NCBI GenBank assembly: GCA_963674755.2
Contig: CAXXVS010000003.1
Span: 2,048,001 to 2,112,000, forward strand
Length of the DNA stretch: 64,000 nucleotides
Origin: Desulfobacterales bacterium
GTDB taxonomy: Bacteria; Desulfobacterota; Desulfobacteria; Desulfobacterales; UBA5852
Direction of reading: 5' to 3'
Under the pieces are notes generated by a model, which had not been told where the DNA came from, made no database searches, and worked only from the letters and a program-made list of their open reading frames with translations. Within the stretch, counting starts at the first letter, position 1. Every line of letters begins with the position of its first letter. The translations under genes and the position numbers were made by a program. This document shows positions 56,098-64,000 of this stretch, one piece after another.

Positions 56098-57600
56098 TCA
56101 CGCGGTATGGCCCCGGTCGGGATGCCAGTGCCGGATTTTGATGTGATCCGGAAAGGCGTGGGGCTTGTAGACGGATTTATTCAGCAGGACCCGCAGGCAG
56201 TCTTGAATGCCCTCGGACATGGTGGGGTGGGGGTGGACGGATTTCAGGGCATCGCGGATGCCCTTGTCCTGATCCATCAAAAAAGCGATGGACATGATGG
56301 TGTTGGAAGCCTGGGGGCCGGCCGCCCGCATGCCGATCACTTTCTGTTCGTCATCGTCGCTCACAATGATCTTAAGAAAGCCCTGGGTGGCCCGCATGGC
56401 GATGGCCCGGGGCAGCAGGGCGTTGCTGTAGTAGGCCACCCGGTAGGGGATCTTCTTCTGCTGGCAGGCCTTTTCGTTGAGGCCCACCGCGGCCACGGCC
56501 GGTTTGAAGAACATGACGGTGGACATGTTGCGGTAGTTGAGCGGCCACTGTTTGGCCCCGTACATATGTTTGACGGCGAAGCGGCCTTCCATTTCCGCCA
56601 GGTTGACCAGGGCCGGGCGATGGGTGACGTCGCCGGCGGTATAAATATGGTCGTTGACCTGGCAGTTGTCGTTCGAGCCCAGGTAGCCCTCGGCATCCAG
56701 TGCAATCCCGGCCTTTTCCAGCTGCAGGGAATTGAAATTGGGCTGGCGTCCGATGGAAATGAGGGCGGCATCCACTTCCAGGACCTGGGAATGGCCGTCG
56801 TCGTAGTCCAGAATCACCTGCAAATAGTCGTCAAAATGGCGGATGTCCCTCAAAATGACCGAATGCAGGATGTGGACCCCGTTGTTGGCGAGGTTGCGGC
56901 TGATGAAATCGCTGACATCGTCGTCCTCCGAGGGGATGATGCGCTCGGCGTAATCCACCAGATAGACCTGGGTCTGGCCGAAGTTGGAGAAGATGGTCGC
57001 ATATTCGCATCCGATGACCCCGGCCCCGACAATCACCAGCCGTTTGGGAAAGGCTTTGAGATTGAGAATCGAGTCGGAGTCCACCACCCGTTCACCGTCG
57101 GTCACGATACCGGGGAAGGCCCGGGGGCGGGAGCCGCTGGCGATGACGAAATAATCCGCCTGGATCTCTTCCCGCTTGCCGTCGGGATAGGTGATGGCCA
57201 CGGTGTGGTCGGAAACGAAAGCGGCCCAACCCCGTTTCAAGGTCAGCGATCCGGGGCCCTTCCAGCGCCGGGGGGAAAACGTTTCGATCTGGGAGAGCAT
57301 TTGGTATTGTTTTTCCCGCACGGCCTGCAACACGGAATCCCGCATGGCATGGTAGTCCATGGAAAGGCCGGAAGCCCGATAGCCGCGCAGGGTCTGGGCG
57401 GCAATGGAGAAGTCTTTGGCCAGCTCCCACATGGTTTTCGATGCCAGGGCACCCCACATGACGCCGGCTCCGCCGATTTCGCTGCCTTCGACGATGCAAA
57501 CATGCTTGCCCAGATCCAGGGCGCGCATGGCCGCGGCAAAGCCGCCCGGTCCGCAACCGATGACGCCTAGATCGTAGTGTTGTTGCTCGATATTGGCCAT
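56098..57600 (-). CDS. Pyridine nucleotide-disulfide oxidoreductase family (SthA/Lpd-like) lacking redox Cys
   Basis: GCGPGG, IASGSRP, GAGVIGCE, YTAGD, HPHPTMSEG. Confidence 0.85.
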   Translation of the reverse strand: MANIEQQHYDLGVIGCGPGGFAAAMRALDLGKHVCIVEGSEIGGAGVMWGALASKTMWELAKDFSIAAQTLRGYRASGLSMDYHAMRDSVLQAVREKQYQMLSQIETFSPRRWKGPGSLTLKRGWAAFVSDHTVAITYPDGKREEIQADYFVIASGSRPRAFPGIVTDGERVVDSDSILNLKAFPKRLVIVGAGVIGCEYATIFSNFGQTQVYLVDYAERIIPSEDDDVSDFISRNLANNGVHILHSVILRDIRHFDDYLQVILDYDDGHSQVLEVDAALISIGRQPNFNSLQLEKAGIALDAEGYLGSNDNCQVNDHIYTAGDVTHRPALVNLAEMEGRFAVKHMYGAKQWPLNYRNMSTVMFFKPAVAAVGLNEKACQQKKIPYRVAYYSNALLPRAIAMRATQGFLKIIVSDDDEQKVIGMRAAGPQASNTIMSIAFLMDQDKGIRDALKSVHPHPTMSEGIQDCLRVLLNKSVYKPHAFPDHIKIRHWHPDRGHTA

Positions 57601-57789
57601 GGGTTTGATCCTTTGGAGAGATTCGGATATACGCCTAAGCACGTTAGGGGAAAAAAAGGCCAGCGTCAACCGGTAGAAAGCCCTTGACGATCAGGTGCCC
57701 GTCCGATGCCCGTCGGGGGCCTTTGCGCTCCGGCGGGTCAATCGAAATCAACCCGGGTGGGATGGCCCGCTTTCTTGTTTGAGGATTCT

Positions 57790-59082
57790 ATGCTGCGTCG
57801 TGCTGCCACTGTAGGGGCACCACCGCTTTTTCTGGTGGTCGCGACCCTCCTTTTGGTCCGCTACCATCCATTGCTGCTCCAATCCTGGTGGGGAGGCGAA
57901 CTGCCGGGCGCCTGGGGCGATGCCGCCCGGTATCTGCCCCTGCTGCTGGCGGCCGTGGGGGTGGTGGTCGGTCTGCGCATGGGCAGTTGCGGGATCATGC
58001 TGGTCATGCTGACGCTGGGAGCGGCCTTCGGGACGTCCGCGGCCGGTGTGATCAGCGGGTGGCCGGGTTGGGGAACAGTGGTGCGGCCACCGCTTGTTTT
58101 TCTGCTGATACCGGTCAACTTTATGATAGGCCTATGGACCCTCGGACATTCCTGGCGGACGCGCCGGGGGCTGACCGCCCTGGCCGGGGCCCTGGTCGTG
58201 TTTGCCGGTACGGCCTGGCCGGTGACGGCGGGACACATCCCGGCCGCGGCCTTTATCGGGCGTTTTACCGATGGCCTCCGTTTATGGCCGGCCGGGCCGA
58301 CGGCCGTGTTGCGGCTCTGGGGGGACACCCTGCCGGCCGCCCTCGTGGTGCTGGTGCTCGTCATTTATGCGCTGCGCCAACGTGATCCGGTCGCCGCCGC
58401 CATGGGGGCCAGCCTGGTCCTCCTGCTGCCACCGATGATCCGCGGCCTGGACGACCTCTCCCGGGTCATTGTTTATAGCGCGGCGGATTTGGTGGTCCTG
58501 GTGGGCGCTCTGGAGGCCATGTTCGCGCTGGCCTACCGTGACGGTCTCACGGGGCTTCCCGGAAGGCGTGCTCTGAACGATGCCCTCCGGCAGCTGGGAC
58601 GGCGCTATGCCATCGCCATGCTGGATGTGGATCATTTCAAGCGGTTCAATGACCGCTTCGGACACCGCACCGGGGATGAGGTGCTGAAGATGATGGCCGC
58701 CCGCCTGCAGCGTATCCCCGGCGGACGGGCCTACCGCTATGGCGGCGAAGAATTCGCCGTTATTTTTAGAGGACGGGCGGTCCGGCAGGCCGCCGACCGA
58801 CTGGAAGCTTTCCGGGAAGCGCTGGCCAACACACCGTTTGTGATCCGGCATCTGCCGCGCACCAACCGGAAGGCGCGCGGCGGTTCGACCGCCTGGACAC
58901 GTTCCCGGAAAGAAGTGCGGATTACGGCCAGCATCGGCTGGGCCGCACCGGCGGCGGCCCAGGGACGCCGGAAACCGGCGGCCGTGTTGGCCGCCGCCGA
59001 CAAAGCGCTTTACAGGGCCAAGCAAAGGGGCCGCAATCGCGTGGCGGCGGATACCATGGTAAAACGTGCCCGCGGAGTATAG
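57790..59082 (+). CDS. Membrane-bound diguanylate cyclase
   Basis: Multiple TMs; DGLTGLPGRR, DVDHFKRFND, RYGGEEF, ADKALY. Confidence 0.9.
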   Translation: MLRRAATVGAPPLFLVVATLLLVRYHPLLLQSWWGGELPGAWGDAARYLPLLLAAVGVVVGLRMGSCGIMLVMLTLGAAFGTSAAGVISGWPGWGTVVRPPLVFLLIPVNFMIGLWTLGHSWRTRRGLTALAGALVVFAGTAWPVTAGHIPAAAFIGRFTDGLRLWPAGPTAVLRLWGDTLPAALVVLVLVIYALRQRDPVAAAMGASLVLLLPPMIRGLDDLSRVIVYSAADLVVLVGALEAMFALAYRDGLTGLPGRRALNDALRQLGRRYAIAMLDVDHFKRFNDRFGHRTGDEVLKMMAARLQRIPGGRAYRYGGEEFAVIFRGRAVRQAADRLEAFREALANTPFVIRHLPRTNRKARGGSTAWTRSRKEVRITASIGWAAPAAAQGRRKPAAVLAAADKALYRAKQRGRNRVAADTMVKRARGV

Positions 59083-59144
59083 TGGCTCCTGGCAGATACC
59101 CGGTATTCCGTTCATTCCCGAGTGACCCATGAAAGGTGGAAACG

Positions 59145-59660
59145 ATGATCATGACCTATGAGGGCAAGACCCCCCGGATCGGCAACAATGTGTTCATCGC
59201 GCCTACGGCTGCGGTTATCGGTGATGTGGAAATCGCCGACGGGGCCAGCATCTGGTATGGTGCCGTGATCCGCGGCGACCTGGACGCGATTCGCATCGGC
59301 GCGGACACCAATATCCAGGACAACTGCACCATCCACGTGGACGCGGGACGACCGGCCGTCATCGGGCAATCGGTGGTGGTGGGCCACAATGCCGTCGTGC
59401 ACGGGTGTACGATCGAGGACCAGTGCCTGATCGGCATCAATGCGGTGGTGTTAAACGGCGCCCATATCCGGGAGGGTTCCATCGTGGCGGCCGGTGCGGT
59501 GGTGCTGGAAGATCAGGTCGTGGGCCCGCTTGAACTGGCGGCCGGGATGCCGGCCCGCGTCCGCAAACAACTGCCGGCCGACATGCCGCACACGATTCGT
59601 CACGACGCCGAAATCTACCTCGATCTGGCTCGGCGGCATGGCCAATTGAACGCCAAATGA
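59145..59660 (+). CDS. Gamma carbonic anhydrase family protein
   Basis: Hexapeptide repeats, IRGD, NIQDNCTIH, GHNAVVHGC. Confidence 0.9.
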   Translation: MIMTYEGKTPRIGNNVFIAPTAAVIGDVEIADGASIWYGAVIRGDLDAIRIGADTNIQDNCTIHVDAGRPAVIGQSVVVGHNAVVHGCTIEDQCLIGINAVVLNGAHIREGSIVAAGAVVLEDQVVGPLELAAGMPARVRKQLPADMPHTIRHDAEIYLDLARRHGQLNAK

Positions 59661-59880
59661 CGCCTGTGGTCGCGCTCCCTTCGCCAGGCAAGCCTTGCGT
59701 CACAGGGCCCGGCATCGTTTCCGCATCGGCCGTGGAAGACGACGGCCACCGGGACAAGCCGTTTCTTGCACTTTTCTCCTTTTAGCCTATACTTGACAGA
59801 CTTCCGTACCGGGATGCCGCCGCAGGGCGGCGACCCGAGGGGTCGAGCGGGCCGGATGCGGATCGCAGGGAAAACCGAGA

Positions 59881-60369
59881 ATGGATATTTTATTTGTGTG
59901 TACCGGAAACATTTGCCGCAGCCCGATGGCCGCCGGTCTGCTCCACCATATGCTGCCGCCGGAAAGACAGGGGGCCGTCCATGTGCATTCGGCCGGTACG
60001 TACGGTCTGGATGGAGAGCCGGCCGCTCCCTTTGCCGTGCAGGCGGCTGCCGCGTTGGGAGTCGACATCAGCCGTCATCGGGCCCGCTCCCTGGACCCTG
60101 AAATGGTCCGGCAGGCGGATTGTATTCTCGTAATGGAACCGTTTCATCGCGATATCGTCATCCGTGCCCTGCCCGGGGAGGCTCATCACCGGGTGCGGCT
60201 GCTGGCAGGTTTCGAAAGGCCGCCTCGTTCGGATACCATTGATGACCCCTACAGCAAACCCCTGGAAGCCTATCAGGTTTGCCTGGCGAGAATGCACCGT
60301 TGTCTGGACAACGTTGTCCCCTATTTGTTTCAGCCGTGCGACGGACGGGGGGGCAATGCACTTTTATAG
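59881..60369 (+). CDS. Low molecular weight protein tyrosine/arginine phosphatase
   Basis: VCTGNICRSPMA, SAGT, DDPY. Confidence 0.9.
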   Translation: MDILFVCTGNICRSPMAAGLLHHMLPPERQGAVHVHSAGTYGLDGEPAAPFAVQAAAALGVDISRHRARSLDPEMVRQADCILVMEPFHRDIVIRALPGEAHHRVRLLAGFERPPRSDTIDDPYSKPLEAYQVCLARMHRCLDNVVPYLFQPCDGRGGNALL

Positions 60370-60486
60370 AGGGCCGGCGTTAAGCGGGCTGTGGCCCAAC
60401 CCGGTGCTGGCAGGGCTTGTCGGGTCCCACAGCCCTTTCACGCGACGGGGTGCCAACGACACCTTGGCCGTCGAGGATGAGCATCC

Positions 60487-63400
60487 ATGAAACTTTCCAT
60501 CCGGTGGGTCCTGATAGTGGGAATTCTGGCCACTATCTGGGTCACCCAGCTGATTACGATTTCCACCAGTTATGTGTCCTCCCAGCGGGTTTTGCTGACC
60601 CATGCCCAGGACATCATGCGCAATATCGCCGACCTGGCCATGAAACAGGCCGAGAACCACCTGGCCCATGCAGAATCCGCCGCACTCCTCACCAAGCGTC
60701 TGTTGACATCCAACGTAGTCAGCCGCGCCCAGGATCGTATGACCGATCTGGAGCGCTATTTCCAAGACCAACTGGCGGTGTATGGCCAGTTTGCCGGGAT
60801 CTATCTGGGGGAACCCAACGGCGATTTTTTTGACGTGCGGCGGGATGACACCCATGGCCCGGGCGGGCTGCGAACCAAGACGATACTCAACACCGCCGCC
60901 GGGAAGGAAACCCGCCTGGTCTGGCGTGACAAGACCAACCGTGTTGTGGACCAGCAGGCTGTCCATGACGATCCCTACGATCCCCGCAAACGCCCCTGGT
61001 ACATCAAGGCCATGGAAGAAAAGCGCATCGTCTGGACGGATCCTTACATTTTCTTTACATCCCAGAAACCCGGCATCACCATCGCGGGGCCGACCTACGC
61101 CCCGGACGGATCGCTCAGGGGCATTGTGGGCGTGGACATCGAGATCGATGAGCTTTCCCGTTTTATCAGTCAATTGCGCATCGGCAAACATGGCCGTGCT
61201 TTCATGCTCAACCGCAACGGCGACGTGGTGGCGTTTCCGGATCTGGCCAAACTGAAATATAAAGATTCTGCCGAGGGGCGAACGTTTCGTTTGGCCAAAA
61301 TCGATGAACTGGACGACGTTTTGAGTCGCAAGGCCTTCGAAGCCATGGCACTGCCTTATGGTGCGGACGGGAGGTTCCGCTTAGACCAACCGCGATTTGG
61401 TAAGTTCGAACAGGCCGGACAGACCTACCATACCATGTTTACGCCGTTCCCAGGCCGCCAATGGCCCTGGGTGATCGGCGTCTATATTCCCGAAGACGAT
61501 TATATCGGTGCCATTAAGGACAACCGGCGGGCCAACATCATGATCACCTTGATATGCTCAGTGGTCGCGACCATTTTTGCCCTCTGGTTGGCTGGCGGGA
61601 TCATTCGGCCGGTGGCGGGAATGGCCGAAGAGGCCCAGGCCATCCGGGAGAAGGATTTCCAACGTCGCGTCTCCACTGACTCCATCTATCGGGAGATCCA
61701 GGCTACGGCGGACTCGCTGGCCGCGCTGAAGGCGGCACTGCTGCGCAGCAAGGAGAAGTACCGCAGCATTTTCAGCCACATCCAGGATATTTACTACGAA
61801 AGTGACATGTCAGGAACTCTCCTGGAAGTGAGCCCTTCGGTGGAAAAGCACAGCCACTATACCCGTGCCGAATTGATCGGGCAATCCGCCTATCGGCTTT
61901 ACCAGGATCCTGCCCAGCGAGACGCATTGGTGAACGCTTTCGCCGAACACGGGCAGGTCAGCGACTATGAGGTGACGATTCGCGACAAGGATGACTCGCT
62001 TTTGTACTGTTCCATCAATGCCCGGCTGCTGCGCGGGGCGGGCGGCACGCCGGAGCGCATGGTGGGGTCGTTGCGCATCATCAACGACCGCAAACAGGCG
62101 GAACAGGAGCTTGAAAAATACCGCCGCGAACTGGAGGCGCTCGTTGAAGAACGAACCGGCGACCTGCGAGCGGTCAACCAGAAGCTCCTGGCGGAAATCG
62201 AACAGCGTAAAGTGACCGAAGAGGCGTTACGCAAAAGCGAAGGCCGCTACCGGACCATTCTGGAAGATATCGAAGAGGGGTATTTCGAGTGCGATCTGAG
62301 CGGCCGCTTGACCTTCTTCAACGATACGCTCTGCCGCATCATGGGGTTCAGCCGCGCCGAGCTGCTGGGCATGGATGGACGCCATTTCATGTCGGCGCGC
62401 TCGGCCCGCAAAATCACTGAACGCCTGCGCCATGTCACCAGCGAGAGGGATGCCATCAAGGTGACGGAACTGGAAGTTTTTCGCCGGGACCGAGCCCACC
62501 GCACCATGGAGATATCCGCCTCCCTTATCCTGGACCGGCAAGGACAGCCGGCCGGCCACCGCGGTCTGGTGCATGATGTCACCGAACGGCTGCAGGCTGA
62601 ACGCGAGCGCCGGCGCATGGAACGCAAATTCCAGCAGGTCCAGCGGTTGAAAGGCCTGGGAACGCTGGCCGGCGGCGTGGCCCACGACTTCAACAACCTC
62701 CTGATGGGGATCCAGGGCAATGTGTCCGTTCTGCTCCTGGACTGCCCGCCGGATTCGGAACTCTATGAAAATCTCCAGAGCATTCAGCAATGTGTGGAAA
62801 GCGGGGCCAAGCTCACCCAGCAACTCCTGGGCTTTGCGCGGGGCGGTAAATACGTCGTCGAGCCGACGGACCTGAACCGCATCGTGCACGCCACCTCCCA
62901 GCTTTTCGGCCGCACGCGCAAAGAAATCATTATCTTCGAGAACTACGAGGAGGATATCTGGGCCGTCAATGTGGACCAGAAGCAGATCGAACAGGTCCTC
63001 CTGAATATCTACATCAACGCCTGGCAGGCCATGCCGGAGGGCGGCGAGCTCTACCTGCGCACGGAGAACCTCGTTCTGGACAGCCGGCACGGGAACTTGT
63101 TTCCCACGACACCCGGCAAGTATGTCAAAATTTCCGTCCGGGATACGGGGCGGGGCATGGACGAAACCACCATGCAGCGCATTTTCGAGCCTTTTTTTAC
63201 GACCAAGGAAATCGGAACCGGAACAGGGCTGGGGCTGGCATCGGCCTTCGGCATCATCAAGAATCACAACGGCTTCATCGATGTTCACAGCAAGCCGGGG
63301 AAGGGTGCCGTATTCGCCATTTATCTGCCGGCCACCGAAGAAAAAGTGCAAGAATTTGAGAAGAAGGCCGTCGAAATGGTGCCGGGCAGCGAAACCGTTT

Positions 63401-63753
63401 TGCTGGTGGATGATGAACAAACCATTTTGGAGGCCTGCGCCGCCATGCTGGAGCGGATGGGATACCGTGTCCTGGTCGCCCGGGGCGGCAACGAGGCCAT
63501 TACAATCTACCGCGAACACCAGGCCGAGATCGATCTCGTGATTCTCGATATTATCATGCCGGATATGAGCGGCGGGGAAGTCTTCGATCACCTCCTGCGC
63601 ATCGATCCCGAGGTGCGGGTGCTGCTCTCCAGCGGATACAGCATCGAAGATCAGGCTGCCGAGATCATGGGACGCGGCTGCGACGGATTTATTCAGAAAC
63701 CCTACCAAGTGGAACAGCTGCACCGAAATATCAGGGAAATCATGGAATCGTGA
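60487..63753 (+). CDS. dCache-HAMP-PAS-PAS hybrid histidine kinase
   Basis: YDPRKRPWY..WTDPY, GVAHDFNN, FFTTK..GTGLGL, receiver LVILDIIMP. Confidence 0.92.
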   Translation: MKLSIRWVLIVGILATIWVTQLITISTSYVSSQRVLLTHAQDIMRNIADLAMKQAENHLAHAESAALLTKRLLTSNVVSRAQDRMTDLERYFQDQLAVYGQFAGIYLGEPNGDFFDVRRDDTHGPGGLRTKTILNTAAGKETRLVWRDKTNRVVDQQAVHDDPYDPRKRPWYIKAMEEKRIVWTDPYIFFTSQKPGITIAGPTYAPDGSLRGIVGVDIEIDELSRFISQLRIGKHGRAFMLNRNGDVVAFPDLAKLKYKDSAEGRTFRLAKIDELDDVLSRKAFEAMALPYGADGRFRLDQPRFGKFEQAGQTYHTMFTPFPGRQWPWVIGVYIPEDDYIGAIKDNRRANIMITLICSVVATIFALWLAGGIIRPVAGMAEEAQAIREKDFQRRVSTDSIYREIQATADSLAALKAALLRSKEKYRSIFSHIQDIYYESDMSGTLLEVSPSVEKHSHYTRAELIGQSAYRLYQDPAQRDALVNAFAEHGQVSDYEVTIRDKDDSLLYCSINARLLRGAGGTPERMVGSLRIINDRKQAEQELEKYRRELEALVEERTGDLRAVNQKLLAEIEQRKVTEEALRKSEGRYRTILEDIEEGYFECDLSGRLTFFNDTLCRIMGFSRAELLGMDGRHFMSARSARKITERLRHVTSERDAIKVTELEVFRRDRAHRTMEISASLILDRQGQPAGHRGLVHDVTERLQAERERRRMERKFQQVQRLKGLGTLAGGVAHDFNNLLMGIQGNVSVLLLDCPPDSELYENLQSIQQCVESGAKLTQQLLGFARGGKYVVEPTDLNRIVHATSQLFGRTRKEIIIFENYEEDIWAVNVDQKQIEQVLLNIYINAWQAMPEGGELYLRTENLVLDSRHGNLFPTTPGKYVKISVRDTGRGMDETTMQRIFEPFFTTKEIGTGTGLGLASAFGIIKNHNGFIDVHSKPGKGAVFAIYLPATEEKVQEFEKKAVEMVPGSETVLLVDDEQTILEACAAMLERMGYRVLVARGGNEAITIYREHQAEIDLVILDIIMPDMSGGEVFDHLLRIDPEVRVLLSSGYSIEDQAAEIMGRGCDGFIQKPYQVEQLHRNIREIMES

Positions 63754-63794
63754 TGGCGGGGAGGATAGGGGACGGGCCGCAAACGGAAGGTATA

Positions 63795-63824
63795 AAAAAA
63801 GGGCGACCTGGGCCGCCCTTTTTT
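63795..63824. terminator. Bidirectional intrinsic terminator
   Basis: AAAAAAGGGCG-N8-CGCCCTTTTTT between the convergent kinase gene and tRNA. Confidence 0.8.
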
Positions 63825-63830
63825 GTCGAT

Positions 63831-63906
63831 TGGTGGAGCTGAGGGGACTTGAACCCCTGGCCTCATGACTGCCAGTCATGCGCTCTCCCAGCTGAGCTAC
63901 AGCCCC
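63831..63906 (-). tRNA. tRNA-Ala(GGC)
   Basis: GGGGCTGTAGCTCAGCTGGGAGAGCG-CATGA-CT-GGC-AG-TCATG..GGTTCAAGTCC..CTCCACCA, 76 nt with encoded CCA. Confidence 0.97.
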
Positions 63907-64000
63907 ATGACGATAAGCGCGAAAATTAACAAACCCTTCCGGTGCTGTCAATATTTTTTTCAATGCGAGCGGATTGCGGAAATGGATCGACAGCGCCGGT

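Noticed and set aside
63831..63906. tRNA-Ala as the attachment site of an island containing the 17910 recombinase
   Set aside because: No duplicated tRNA 3' end noticed by eye, and the intervening genes are housekeeping

Overview
This is a GC-rich, gene-dense chromosomal window, probably from a Desulfobacterales-like anaerobe (inferred from gene content). It carries a soxBDA sarcosine-oxidase-type operon with a divergent RpiR regulator, a four-gene PrkA-YeaH-SpoVR-PrkA2 operon and amino-acid catabolic enzymes (Met gamma-lyase, DpaL, PepT, Cys desulfidase). It also has an ErcA/ErcS-like Fe-ADH/kinase pair, two class A PBPs, murB, pal, ferritin, several signalling proteins and tRNA-Ala(GGC). 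Several signals are missed by the ORF track: (1) selD is a selenoprotein with an in-frame TGA and a SECIS hairpin; (2) a 57-aa SH3-like ORF is translationally coupled to a catalytic-domain-only tyrosine recombinase; (3) a ~150-bp structured repeat with co-varying terminal inverted repeats occurs as 4 full and 2 partial copies; (4) a sigma54-driven PEP-CTERM protein carries Cys-Gln thioester motifs; (5) an MFS gene has a conserved N-terminus with no canonical in-frame start. No CRISPR array, rRNA, prophage or autonomous IS was seen. All assignments come from motif recognition by eye, and no database search was run.
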